Below are positions 8,158 through 17,128 of a stretch of 55,471 nt of DNA, in pieces. Positions within the stretch are counted from its first letter, which is position 1. The number at the start of each line of letters is the position of its first letter. Location of the stretch: positions 1-55,471 of IMG/VR virus record IMGVR_UViG_3300045970_000148, one strand, 5' to 3'. Source of the stretch: a virus (lineage: Duplodnaviria > Caudoviricetes). Position numbers and translations under genes: made by a program. Under the pieces are notes generated by a model, which saw only the letters and a list, made by a program, of their open reading frames with translations, was not told the DNA's origin and did no database searches.

Positions 8158-8430
8158 GGTTTAGTCGTCAACTTTCCTTTGTTAGAGTCCATTTAGTGCT
8201 ACGCGGCCTGTTACCAATTCAGGAGAATGGCCTTGTTGACGCTTTATCTCTGCCTTCGCGGGTGGATATCACCGCCCGATGGATACTCGTGTTATTGTAT
8301 TGCTGTGCGGCTTATACCAACAATGTCACGGGATGATTGCATAGGATTTCCTTTTCAACGGGCTACTTCGTACTTTCCATTTTCGCGAGGTGACCGCTGA
8401 CTCTTGTCCTTGGGCTGCACAGCAAATTGT

Positions 8431-8619
8431 TTATTGAGGCGGATCAGGGAACTCCATCCAGTGCGTAACAGAATCGCTGTCCATCGGATAGCCTTGCAGA
8501 TCCATCCATTGTTCACCACTATGGTATCCCGGCCAAACAGGTTCATTGCTATCTGGTACAAACGTCATAACGGTTGTTTCGCTATCAGGCAGTGATTCTG
8601 TTACCGGTATCCACTTCAT
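8431..8619 (-). CDS. DUF551-like protein
   Basis: MKWIPVTESLP...VTHWMEFPDPP. Confidence 0.75.
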   Translation of the reverse strand: MKWIPVTESLPDSETTVMTFVPDSNEPVWPGYHSGEQWMDLQGYPMDSDSVTHWMEFPDPPQ

Positions 8620-8897
8620 AATTCCATTTCCTCCCGAGTAATTGCGCTTGGTATCCCGAACCCAAAACCTTCAAGCGCCAGTTGCGCGTCAATCCTTGCC
8701 GGTAGACCGGCCATAAACTCTAAATCTTGCTGCTGCCACTCCCGTACTCTATTGATAAATCCGGCTGGCATGGAGCGACGGCCTGTTTCATAACCCTGAT
8801 ATGTTGCTTTCGGCACATTCAGAACACCCGCCATTTCACCTATGCTAAACTTCATTTCCAATCGCAGAGACTTAAGCTCCGCATACGGTTTATTCAT
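8616..8897 (-). CDS. XRE-family HTH protein
   Basis: LKSLR...EMAGVLNVPKATYQGYETGRR. Confidence 0.75.
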   Translation of the reverse strand: MNKPYAELKSLRLEMKFSIGEMAGVLNVPKATYQGYETGRRSMPAGFINRVREWQQQDLEFMAGLPARIDAQLALEGFGFGIPSAITREEMEL

Positions 8898-8921
8898 ATT
8901 TTCACCTTAAATCGTATGCAC

Positions 8922-9128
8922 TCAGGCGCATACCCTCTCGTGCCACGGTAGGACACGATCAGGGCAATCGTAGGTTGTCTCGTTAATAATGGCCGTGATC
9001 TCCTGCTTTGCACAATCGACCTGCTTCCGGCACTTGCCGTAAGCATCACAGCGGTCGCATTGCGTGAACGCCTTTGTCTTTCGCTTGCGTTTCCGCAGTA
9101 CTACTGTTTTACGTCCCATGCTAATCAC
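8922..9128 (-). CDS. Cys-rich hypothetical protein
   Basis: ORF overlapping its upstream neighbour; CxxC motif. Confidence 0.5.
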   Translation of the reverse strand: MISMGRKTVVLRKRKRKTKAFTQCDRCDAYGKCRKQVDCAKQEITAIINETTYDCPDRVLPWHERVCA

Positions 9129-9522
9129 TTACGGCCTCACATCGTTTGCTCTGCTCTAATAGAAAATGCTTCTGTAACGTCTTTTCCTGCACTCTGAACC
9201 CTGATTGAGTAAGCAGCTGTGCCACGGTGTACCAGGACACACCGGCCTCTCTCTGTTTCACAATGCTTTCGTAAAACTTCACCACAATGAAATGAGTCGC
9301 TGTTTTCTCAACAGGGTCCCATTCGCGCTTCGGCTCTTCTGATTTTGTCGGTACCGCCATCATCACCGGCACAACATCAGCATCACGCCAGTAACCGCAA
9401 CGCCAGCAAGTGAACCCTGAAATCATATTCGTTGCAGATCCACCGCTCTGCCGGAGTAGACCCGATGAACCTGAAAATGTACGTTCTTCACGAAGGCGGG
9501 TACCGCACTTGGGACAACTCAT
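9121..9522 (-). CDS. Zn-ribbon protein with probable C-terminal HTH
   Basis: CPKCG...CWRCG; GVSWYTVAQLLTQSG. Confidence 0.6.
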   Translation of the reverse strand: MSCPKCGTRLREERTFSGSSGLLRQSGGSATNMISGFTCWRCGYWRDADVVPVMMAVPTKSEEPKREWDPVEKTATHFIVVKFYESIVKQREAGVSWYTVAQLLTQSGFRVQEKTLQKHFLLEQSKRCEAVSD

Positions 9523-9635
9523 ATGCTCTCCCGTTCACGACACAAACCGTCTGCATCCACGGTAACAAGCCCTTGAGTGCACCGCTGTTCCAGGTAATAT
9601 TTACACTGCTCATTTAAACAACGGATGTACTGCAT
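9519..9635 (-). CDS. Small Cys-rich protein (38 aa)
   Basis: MQYIRCLNEQCKYYLEQRC...GLC; GGAGG SD; ATGA coupling to the next gene. Confidence 0.55.
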   Translation of the reverse strand: MQYIRCLNEQCKYYLEQRCTQGLVTVDADGLCRERESI

Positions 9636-9688
9636 CACCGGCTACCTCCATGAAAGTTGTCTACGACAAAGCGGGTGCTATCGCACCG

Positions 9689-11071
9689 CTACGCGAGGTA
9701 ACAGGCGGAACGGAAACCCACATAGGCGCCCGCGCCCGCCCGAGAGCCACCCAGGGACACGCCCCACACACCAGCACCCGTAGAGTAGCCCCAGCTGCAC
9801 GACGAGATCGGCACCATGTCCTTCTCAGGATAGTTCCAGTACCCACCATTCATCAGCGGATTGCTCTGCTTGCCGGGGAGCGCGATACCGGCACCGGTCA
9901 ACTGCCAGCCGGTTCCTTCCGGATCGCCGGACAAAGTGCTCAGGTCACTACCGAATCGCTGATAACCGCGAGCAATCGGAAACTCATCAGAATCCGGCAA
10001 TGGCTCGTAATTCTTCTTGCGTCCCTTTGGCCCCCAATGGTCAGTAGGTGAAGTAATGCCGCTGGTCATATCCTTCATGCGAGCAGCGGTATTCATCGCT
10101 AGCAGTTGCTTGCCGTCAGATGTGACACCGGGGTTAATCTCATACATCAGGCCGTTCAGATCAGCCACGCCAGACGCTTGACCGTTGTGGGTAGTACGGT
10201 TGAAATGGTTGGCACTGCCGGTCAAACCGCATTGACCATAGCCGTCACCCTCATAGCGAATCTCTGAATCAAAATAATCGCCACGGCTTCCATTGTTACA
10301 GCCCTTGGGAAAGTTGTTCTTGTCACCAAGCCAACCGCAATGAGTCGTGTCGGTAGATGCACCGGCATGAGCGAGAGAAAGCAGGGCGAGGGCGGCATGA
10401 ATAAAGCGGGAGTTTACAAAGAAATCGGCACCGCGAGTCTTGGCGGCCTGAATGGTTCCATAAAACGCATTATCGGGCCTGCCGTTCAGGTCGTTGATAG
10501 GATTGTGTGAGCTGTATGTAGACAGCGGCTTGCCGAACATCAGCGAAGAAGCGATGCCGCCGTTGTTGGAGCACATGAACTTGTCAACAAACACTCCCGG
10601 CTGAATCACCCCACCGTCATAGAATGCACGGTGCAGGGCATAACCGCTGTGTTTAGCGTGCGCCATATCCTTGAAGTGATCGAATGGTTTGATTGAAACG
10701 GCATGAAGAGGAAGAAGGTTCTTGTCAGTACCGATCTTGTAGAAGAATGCCGGAATCCAGACCATAATCGAACCATCGGTAAAGATGTAGTTACCGTAGG
10801 TATCGCTTGCCGTCATGCCAGCAGGCAACGGCCCAGGACAAACACCGACACCAAACCCATCTTGACCAGGTACACCGATATCGTTCACGGCCCCCTGCTT
10901 CCGTACAGCAAGTATTGCCTCAACCGTTACCGCCTGAGCATCCAGTGTGTTAATGCTGTAGCCTCTGGCAAATTCAGGGTGACAGGTACAGACGAACTGC
11001 ATCACCGCACTGTCAACGTCACTTGCCGTCAATTCAATCTTTGCTCCTTTTTTTGTTCGTTTGATCTTCAT
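9689..11071 (-). CDS. Second (remote) DGR target; C-type-lectin-fold protein paralogous to 21482-23452
   Basis: Shared GFGVG.CP, FPKGCNN and THNGQASGVADLNGLM motifs; 3' end is a variable repeat ending VGFRSACY. Confidence 0.88.
   Translation of the reverse strand: MKIKRTKKGAKIELTASDVDSAVMQFVCTCHPEFARGYSINTLDAQAVTVEAILAVRKQGAVNDIGVPGQDGFGVGVCPGPLPAGMTASDTYGNYIFTDGSIMVWIPAFFYKIGTDKNLLPLHAVSIKPFDHFKDMAHAKHSGYALHRAFYDGGVIQPGVFVDKFMCSNNGGIASSLMFGKPLSTYSSHNPINDLNGRPDNAFYGTIQAAKTRGADFFVNSRFIHAALALLSLAHAGASTDTTHCGWLGDKNNFPKGCNNGSRGDYFDSEIRYEGDGYGQCGLTGSANHFNRTTHNGQASGVADLNGLMYEINPGVTSDGKQLLAMNTAARMKDMTSGITSPTDHWGPKGRKKNYEPLPDSDEFPIARGYQRFGSDLSTLSGDPEGTGWQLTGAGIALPGKQSNPLMNGGYWNYPEKDMVPISSCSWGYSTGAGVWGVSLGGSRAGAGAYVGFRSACYLA
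9706..9817 (-). repeat. DGR variable repeat VR2
   Basis: 112 nt, 20 mismatches to TR, 18 at TR adenines; followed by hairpin GCGGTGC-GATA-GCACCCGC. Confidence 0.92.
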
Positions 11072-11262
11072 GCCGCCTCCCGGTTTTTAAATTGACCATC
11101 TATGCACTCACGACACGCACGCCCTTGATTCGCATGGTCACAATGGCACGGTGTCGGTAATTCATCCCCGCTTCTGGCTGCAACACAGAGAGCCACGACA
11201 AACACTCCGGCCATACTGCCAATGAAAATACCGACCCAGAATGCAACCCATACCGGACTCAT
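11068..11262 (-). CDS. Small membrane protein
   Basis: Hydrophobic N-terminal helix ending ALCVAARSGD, Cys-rich tail; ATGA couplings. Confidence 0.6.
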   Translation of the reverse strand: MSPVWVAFWVGIFIGSMAGVFVVALCVAARSGDELPTPCHCDHANQGRACRECIDGQFKNREAA

Positions 11263-11756
11263 CGCTGAGTCTCCATCGCCTGTACTTTGGCAAGCACAAC
11301 CCGCTGATACTGCTTTACCTTCGGATTGCTCGGGCTCCCGTTCCAGCGAGCCACGGCACCGCGATAACCATGCTCCTTGACCATCTGCAAAAATAAACGG
11401 TTCGCCTGGTCAACCTGTCCTTCGATAGAATCCGGTACCGTGCCATGATGTGAGCCCCACACTTGAAATATGCCCTTAGCCTTGCCGCCATCACCAACCG
11501 CGTACTGCCCCCCCCCACTTTCCGTATGGGCGATACTCGCCATTGTCAGAGGGTATTCAGTGCGCTCCGCAATCGCCTTGGCCACCGGTTCCGGCAACAT
11601 CGTCTCGATCCGCTCTTGCGTGTTGCTCTTGGCAACCGGCATAACAGCCTCAACCACAACCGGCTCCTGCTCCAAATAGCCGACAAACCCGTATATCAAC
11701 ACCGCCATAACCGTGAACAATATCGCCTGAGCTGCTTTTTTCTGGTTCTGGATCAT
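11259..11756 (-). CDS. Membrane-anchored lytic transglycosylase/lysozyme-like protein
   Basis: N-terminal TM helix; IAHTESGG...GDGGKAKGIFQ...AVARWNG; start at 11756 after GGAGG. Confidence 0.7.
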   Translation of the reverse strand: MIQNQKKAAQAILFTVMAVLIYGFVGYLEQEPVVVEAVMPVAKSNTQERIETMLPEPVAKAIAERTEYPLTMASIAHTESGGGQYAVGDGGKAKGIFQVWGSHHGTVPDSIEGQVDQANRLFLQMVKEHGYRGAVARWNGSPSNPKVKQYQRVVLAKVQAMETQR

Positions 11757-11784
11757 CCTGTTCCTCCGCCAGTTACATAGATTT

Positions 11785-11937
11785 TTATAGTCCGTCATGA
11801 TATTCCCTCCCGTCGATAACGACTGATTCAAGCACCATTTTCAAACCTTCAATCTCTTCCACTTCCATCGCCTCACCAGCCAGAACCAAACCATGCAGTG
11901 ACTTGATTACAAACAACATGCGAGGATCTATTCTCAT
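11785..11937 (-). CDS. Small hypothetical protein (50 aa)
   Basis: MRIDPRMLF...; fills the operon gap with an ATGA overlap. Confidence 0.5.
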   Translation of the reverse strand: MRIDPRMLFVIKSLHGLVLAGEAMEVEEIEGLKMVLESVVIDGREYHDGL

Positions 11938-12119
11938 GCCTGTGCCGCCTGCCTGAGTTGTCGCCGCTGTTGACTCTTTTCCCGAGCGTCAAGAGCTGCA
12001 CGCTTTGCCCGAGTAAAATCATTTTCAGTCAGAGCAACAGGAGGCAACGGATTCATCAGCTTACGCAACATCCCCTCAATAGAGTCCAGTCGGTCTAAAA
12101 TCATCTGTTCAGCAGTCAT
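11934..12119 (-). CDS. Hypothetical protein
   Basis: MTAEQMILDRLDSIEGML...; ATGA overlaps on both sides. Confidence 0.55.
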   Translation of the reverse strand: MTAEQMILDRLDSIEGMLRKLMNPLPPVALTENDFTRAKRAALDAREKSQQRRQLRQAAQA

Positions 12120-12364
12120 GGCCTTGCCCCTCCGAAACACCGCTGTAATTTCCGATATGCCTTAGCGGAACGAATGTGCTTACATTCGGCAACCGGTGAT
12201 AAAGACACTGCAACCTTGTATTCAAAATGAGGGCAGCCACACCAACCGCTTGCCAGTTCATCCAAATCAACCAGATATAGCAAGCCCCGACCGGTTGACT
12301 TGACGTGATATCGTCCGGCCTCTCCTGCCACTGGATAAACTCCCAGATCGATGGCGGCATTCAT
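12116..12364 (-). CDS. SWIM-type zinc-finger protein
   Basis: YLVDL...CGCPHF...CKHI (CxCx(n)CxH). Confidence 0.7.
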   Translation of the reverse strand: MNAAIDLGVYPVAGEAGRYHVKSTGRGLLYLVDLDELASGWCGCPHFEYKVAVSLSPVAECKHIRSAKAYRKLQRCFGGARP

Positions 12365-12594
12365 GGCTTGAGATTCCGCCGTGATAATGTTGTCGCCTGA
12401 GACATTTCCTGAAATGCTGCTTTTGTATTGTTGCTGGCTGGATCTTTACGGAAGGAGTCAATGTAGATTTCGACACACTTGAATAGGTGTTCATGGACTT
12501 TCTGGTCAGTAGCTTTTTTGCCGAATACTCGGCTATTACTGGCTTTCACCCGTCTGTTTGCATCAGCAATCATTGATTGAATCATTGCGCTCAC
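12361..12594 (-). CDS. Hypothetical protein
   Basis: Coupled ORF in the early operon. Confidence 0.55.
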   Translation of the reverse strand: MSAMIQSMIADANRRVKASNSRVFGKKATDQKVHEHLFKCVEIYIDSFRKDPASNNTKAAFQEMSQATTLSRRNLKP

Positions 12595-13085
12595 AGTTCA
12601 CCTCCTGTTTCAAAGTCGATCCAAAGAGCCGCAGTTACGAGCCATGCCGGGATAAAGCCTTTCTCTGGAGACAAGGCAAAATGCGCACGGCACTCGTGAC
12701 ATGGTTTCACCTGACGTGACGCCTTAATTTCTTCGATTGCTTCTCGCAGCATCAGCTTCAATTCCTCAATCTCGGAGCCAATCATTTCAACATCCCCAGG
12801 GCGGTGATGCCGGTCAGGTTCAGGAAGCAAATCCTTCATGTGTAAATAAAGCCAGCGCAGGTAAATCGCGTTACCACAGCTGACCATGAACGGAACAATG
12901 CGATCGTGACGGAGTGTCACATCATAATTAGAGTTGAGAGCGCGGGAGAGGTGGCTTTCTGTAATGCCAAGATCAATTGCTACGGCCTTCTGATTGTTTG
13001 CGGAGCGTTCCAGTGACATCCTGAGAGCTGCTTTCGCTGATGTGCATTCAAGGATTTCTTTGTCTGGTATTTCGATGCTCAACAT
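12591..13085 (-). CDS. CII-like HTH transcriptional regulator
   Basis: QKAVAIDLGITESHLSRALN HTH; positioned after the cro-like gene. Confidence 0.65.
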   Translation of the reverse strand: MLSIEIPDKEILECTSAKAALRMSLERSANNQKAVAIDLGITESHLSRALNSNYDVTLRHDRIVPFMVSCGNAIYLRWLYLHMKDLLPEPDRHHRPGDVEMIGSEIEELKLMLREAIEEIKASRQVKPCHECRAHFALSPEKGFIPAWLVTAALWIDFETGGEL

Positions 13086-13114
13086 GCGTTTCTCCTGAAA
13101 GTTAATTTCATATC

Positions 13115-13138
13115 ATCAGCCGCAGTTTTGACGGATAG
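13115..13138. promoter_or_regulatory. Palindromic motif, copy 2 (degenerate)
   Basis: atcagccgcagttttgacggatag. Confidence 0.45.
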
Positions 13139-13144
13139 TGCAGA

Positions 13145-13381
13145 TCAGGCGGTACATTCGAGCTTGTCAAGCTCAGGCAACAACAGCGAAGTACAAAACT
13201 TTGAGTAGCTTAAGTTACGAGCTAGTGCCAATCGCTTGACCTGTTTGGCTCGCTCCGGGGGGAGGTTGACAATAATGCGGCCACGGCGAAGGGCTTCATC
13301 TTCTCCAAGTGGCGGGCGGCCACGCTTAGCACCACTTGGAGGCCGACCACCTATAACGACTTCTGCATATTCTGTTTTCAT
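13145..13381 (-). CDS. Cro-position DNA-binding protein (GRP hooks plus ribbon-helix-helix-like)
   Basis: GGRPP, RGRPP, IIVNLP...VKRLALARNLSYSKFC; divergent from the repressor. Confidence 0.55.
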   Translation of the reverse strand: MKTEYAEVVIGGRPPSGAKRGRPPLGEDEALRRGRIIVNLPPERAKQVKRLALARNLSYSKFCTSLLLPELDKLECTA

Positions 13382-13510
13382 TGCTTTGCCTCTAATACTG
13401 TTGTATTTTGTGATTCACTAAATAGTTAAGGTATAATTCTTTTAGTGGGCGTACTTTGTTGTGAAGTGACGCAGTTTATTGAGCTTCAACCTGATTAAGT
13501 ATTTTTTGCA

Positions 13511-13735
13511 GTGATACCAGAAGGGAGTTGGTCTATGGCCGAGCAAATAATCATTCTCAGCGCTCAGCTTGCGAATGCGACTGAGCGCATTTCGCAGCTT
13601 GAAGCGCAGGTAGCGACTCTTGAACAGCAACTTATAGAAGCGGAAGCGGTCATAAAGGAACTCAGAGACAGGATTCAGGATTCTGTTGCGAAAGAAGTTC
13701 ATATCGACAAGCCTCGTTCTCCCATGTGTGGGTAG
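13511..13735 (+). CDS. Small coiled-coil protein
   Basis: Heptad pattern; likely start is MAEQII after GGGAG. Confidence 0.45.
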   Translation: MIPEGSWSMAEQIIILSAQLANATERISQLEAQVATLEQQLIEAEAVIKELRDRIQDSVAKEVHIDKPRSPMCG

Positions 13736-13780
13736 TTCTTTTGTGTGTCACGCAATTATTTATAATTCGGAATCACGAAC

Positions 13781-14209
13781 ATGTCAAATAAAAAAATCGA
13801 TACTCCGAACATTATTGGTTCAGCGGTACACGCCGCCCGAAAAGCTAGTAAACTTACGCTGAGAGAGCTAGGCTCAAAGGTTGGCACTTCAGCAGGAAAC
13901 CTAAGTGACATTGAAAATGGGAAATCAGTACCAGGTGGCGAACTACTTATTTCGATACAACGAACACTTAATATAAATATTGTTGGAGAATCCGAACAGA
14001 AATACGAAGTTGCGCAGGTCGTACAAGGGTTAACACCAGCGGAATATGAAATGATAAGAATCGCACGAGAGTGCCCGGAGGCCGTGGCTGTAGTACGGAT
14101 GATGGGTGCGGTAGATTCAGACACACAGAAGGATATTCAACATGACGTTGAGAAGGCGAAACGTATCTTCGATAAGATGAAAGAATTACAAGAGAGAAAA
14201 GCGGTGTAG
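13781..14209 (+). CDS. CI-like XRE HTH repressor
   Basis: ARK...LTLRELGSKVGTSAGNLSDIENGK; divergent from the early operon. Confidence 0.8.
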   Translation: MSNKKIDTPNIIGSAVHAARKASKLTLRELGSKVGTSAGNLSDIENGKSVPGGELLISIQRTLNINIVGESEQKYEVAQVVQGLTPAEYEMIRIARECPEAVAVVRMMGAVDSDTQKDIQHDVEKAKRIFDKMKELQERKAV

Positions 14210-14237
14210 TTTATGCCTTTCAGTCGGGGGTTAATTT

Positions 14238-14486
14238 ATGAGTGAGACGCAAAAATGGATAGGCATTACAACGGTCATACTGGATGTTTTAATGGGTTTA
14301 TTCCCTCCTTGGCACATCAACTGGTCAACATCCGAGGGTGCTGCAAGACACATCAACAAGGGTTACCAATTTATTTTTACACCAATACCAACTGGGACAA
14401 TCACAATGTCTACCTTATTTGTGCAAATTGCCGTGGTAACACTTGTTGGTGCTGCGTTGTTTTATTTTACTAAGCCCAGCAGATAA
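14238..14486 (+). CDS. Small two-TM membrane protein (lysogeny/moron)
   Basis: LFPPW...GYQFIFTP motif between two hydrophobic helices. Confidence 0.6.
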   Translation: MSETQKWIGITTVILDVLMGLFPPWHINWSTSEGAARHINKGYQFIFTPIPTGTITMSTLFVQIAVVTLVGAALFYFTKPSR

Positions 14487-14508
14487 TAAAATAGCTGAGG
14501 GGGATTAT

Positions 14509-14895
14509 ATGAGACTTTATATGCAGCCAATTCTTTTTATCATCATGTCTCTATTTCCTGCGTTGGTATTTTCTGAGTGTGCTCAATACCAAATCATAGA
14601 TCATGGCGACAGGGTTGAGGCTATTTGTGTCGGGGCACCGTTATCGGAATCAGAAAAAAGGGCACTATCTGTTGCAGATGGGCAGTACCGCCAGAACGAA
14701 GTGGCACGCGAAAAGAGCTATGCCCAGCAAGAGATTGATCGTAACGCTGAGGAATTAAAACTGCGTAAATCAAGAGAGGCATTAGTTATTCAAGAACGGG
14801 AAGAGAAACAAAGAAAAGAGAGCGAAGAGAGATTGCGTAGGGCGCAGAAGGATTTAGAGGATTCACAAGACCGGTTGAAAAGAAGTTGGAGATAG
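14509..14895 (+). CDS. Secreted coiled-coil protein
   Basis: Signal-peptide-like N-terminus after GAGGGGG; Cys pair then charged coiled coil. Confidence 0.55.
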   Translation: MRLYMQPILFIIMSLFPALVFSECAQYQIIDHGDRVEAICVGAPLSESEKRALSVADGQYRQNEVAREKSYAQQEIDRNAEELKLRKSREALVIQEREEKQRKESEERLRRAQKDLEDSQDRLKRSWR

Positions 14896-15215
14896 CTATG
14901 AAGCGCTATCAAAAATTAATCCAAGATGCTGTAGGCGGCAGTAGTGAGAGCCATGCTCCAATCAAGAAAAATGGCTACAATATATTAGCGCGTGAAATGG
15001 GAGCGCCCTCAACGTCAATCCACGAATGGGCAACTTATCCGCATAAAGTACCTACATACAAAAGCCTTGAACGGCTGTCTGCATATTTCGATGTCCCTTT
15101 ACACACGCTATTGATGGAGTATGACGATCCGCGTATAGCCATTATCGACATAATGTATAAGCTTGACGACCAGCGCATTTCGGTCTTATTAAGCCATGCA
15201 AAGGTACTCTCCTAA
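14886..15215 (+). CDS. XRE-like HTH protein
   Basis: LAREMGAPSTSIHEW...PTYKSLERLSAYFDVPLHTLL. Confidence 0.7.
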   Translation: MEIAMKRYQKLIQDAVGGSSESHAPIKKNGYNILAREMGAPSTSIHEWATYPHKVPTYKSLERLSAYFDVPLHTLLMEYDDPRIAIIDIMYKLDDQRISVLLSHAKVLS

Positions 15216-15216
15216 T

Positions 15217-16371
15217 ATGTCAATAAAACCGCACCCCACAAAAAAAGGCTGGTGGCACATCATCATCAGTCACGGTCGTAAGGGCTCTAAGACCTACAAG
15301 CCCACGGAATACATACCATACGAAGGCACTGAAGCACGAGCCCTCGCTTTTGAGCGTGAATTGCGTGGACTGCAACCAGACAATAATGGCCGTATCAAAG
15401 TAATAGATCTGCTGGACAGCTTCTTTACATGGCACCAGACGAATATGAAGCCTAAAACTCACACTGAATGCATGGCGGCTTTCAAGCGTCTTATTCCGTA
15501 CCTGGGTAACAAGTATATCTCATATCTTCGTAACAGCGATTATGAACCATATAAGGCGGATCGTCTTGCAACACTGATTATTCCAAAACGGAGAAAACAT
15601 AGAACAGATCGAGTGCATGACAGCTATGCTGAAACCGACGAAGAATATGCTACCCGTTGCGTAGCTGAAACACGAAACGTCAGTAAGCGTTCAATCCAGA
15701 TTGAGTTGAACTATTTCAGGACCTTTATCCGTTGGGCGAGAGATGAAGAAAAGTATACTGTTGGTGACTTGCCGAAGGGGTTTAGTAAGGATCAACAAAA
15801 AGCAAAAGGGAAGGTTGTGTTGGCCCTGACTGAAATTCCCGCCTTGATCGAGCAGCAGAAGGAAGGATTCCAGCGAACCCTTACAATGTTGATGTTACAG
15901 AATGGTCTACGTAAAACCGAAGCACTGACGCTCCGCAAGCGAAACGTAGATCTTAAGAACAATTGCCTGATTATAACAGGAAAGAACGATAAGACCAGAG
16001 TTGTACCGATAGTTACACCGGATCTGTATAAGGCACTTGAGGAAGCGGGAGAGAAAAAACAACCAGCAGACTTTCTTTTTGTGAATCCTAAAACAAAACG
16101 TCCCTATACCAATATAATGAAAAGTCTTAAGTCGGCAGCCGTATCAGCCGGAATCGATAAGAGGGTATATAACCACCTCATGAGACACAGTTTCATAACC
16201 AGTGGTCTTATGGCCGGTGTCTCTGTATCTGCTATGCGTGACCTCGCTGGACATGAGGATATACGCACTACGCAGGAGTATACACACTTCATTGCAGAGC
16301 ACCTGCAATCAGAGGCGGTAAAGATAGCCTCTGTAATGTTAGTTCAAAAAGTTGCTCCTGAACCCGCATGA
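15217..16371 (+). CDS. int: Tyrosine integrase
   Basis: GLRKTE (R), GKNDKTR (K), HLMRH (HxxR), AGHEDIRTTQEY (H, Y); adjacent to attP. Confidence 0.93.
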   Translation: MSIKPHPTKKGWWHIIISHGRKGSKTYKPTEYIPYEGTEARALAFERELRGLQPDNNGRIKVIDLLDSFFTWHQTNMKPKTHTECMAAFKRLIPYLGNKYISYLRNSDYEPYKADRLATLIIPKRRKHRTDRVHDSYAETDEEYATRCVAETRNVSKRSIQIELNYFRTFIRWARDEEKYTVGDLPKGFSKDQQKAKGKVVLALTEIPALIEQQKEGFQRTLTMLMLQNGLRKTEALTLRKRNVDLKNNCLIITGKNDKTRVVPIVTPDLYKALEEAGEKKQPADFLFVNPKTKRPYTNIMKSLKSAAVSAGIDKRVYNHLMRHSFITSGLMAGVSVSAMRDLAGHEDIRTTQEYTHFIAEHLQSEAVKIASVMLVQKVAPEPA

Positions 16372-16399
16372 ATACTGAGCTTGCGCTAAGTCGGTCATA

Positions 16400-16445
16400 C
16401 CTTGGGAGCAGGGGGTCGCTGGTTCGATTCCAGTCTCACCGACCA
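16400..16445 (+). other. attP core: 3' half of tRNA-Pro(TGG)
   Basis: cctTGGgagcagggggtcGCTGGTTCGATTCCAGTctcaccgACCA: anticodon loop, T arm, acceptor strand and CCA, with no 5' half upstream; 29 bp after int. Confidence 0.85.
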
Positions 16446-16452
16446 GATATCA

Positions 16453-16486
16453 AGGGGTTACGGGTTTCCCGTAGCCCCATAATTTT
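16453..16486 (+). terminator. Hairpin terminator downstream of attP
   Basis: GGGGTTACGGG-ttt-CCCGTAGCCCC followed by ataatttt. Confidence 0.6.
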
Positions 16487-16551
16487 GTAAAATTCCATAC
16501 AATTCCAGACAATTTAGCGTCTGTAATTTTCAGCATCCCTTTCCTCCGCCT

Positions 16552-16824
16552 TTACTGGCTTTCTTTGGCACTGGTAACACCCCCTCTTTTATTAAATTGC
16601 TCAATCGTAGTGAAGTTTATTTCTCCCCAGACACGAATCAGTTCCAAGTTTATCAGCACATCCTTCCGGCCACGATCAGAGAGACAATATTCATTTTCCC
16701 TCCGGACTACTGGAACTTCACGAAGGAGCGGCGCTTGTTCTACCGGCAGAGTAATTCTGATATCCGGGCAAACGGGGCAGGGCTTTGGGCACCCCAGGAG
16801 GAATAAGCACGAAACTATCACCAT
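16552..16824 (-). CDS. o-spanin (Rz1-like lipoprotein)
   Basis: MVIVSCLFLLG-C lipobox, Pro-rich, overlaps the i-spanin. Confidence 0.7.
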   Translation of the reverse strand: MVIVSCLFLLGCPKPCPVCPDIRITLPVEQAPLLREVPVVRRENEYCLSDRGRKDVLINLELIRVWGEINFTTIEQFNKRGGVTSAKESQ

Positions 16825-17128
16825 CAGCAACAGGAGGTTGCGAAACTTCAACACTGTCGATGTATGTATTTGACTGGACTCTGACCTTTTTGATTGCATC
16901 TGCAATCTCCTTATTGAGCTGAATATAGTTATTGAATTGCTGCGCATACATCTCTGCTGACGCTTTTTGTAGTGCTGCTTCCGCTTTATACTTGTCCAGA
17001 TCAGCGCGGATACTTTTCTCATGCCAGCCAAACCATGCCAGTCCGGCTATGATAATTGCAACAAGGGCAATCTTGATGTACAACAGGTACGGATTCAACG
17101 TTGTGGCGATACTCCCGAGTCCTATCAT
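16718..17128 (-). CDS. i-spanin (Rz-like)
   Basis: N-terminal TM helix plus coiled coil; lysis cassette. Confidence 0.7.
   Translation of the reverse strand: MIGLGSIATTLNPYLLYIKIALVAIIIAGLAWFGWHEKSIRADLDKYKAEAALQKASAEMYAQQFNNYIQLNKEIADAIKKVRVQSNTYIDSVEVSQPPVADGDSFVLIPPGVPKALPRLPGYQNYSAGRTSAAPS

Noticed and set aside
16389-16445. Complete tRNA gene
   Set aside because: No 5' acceptor strand or D arm; fits an attP core.
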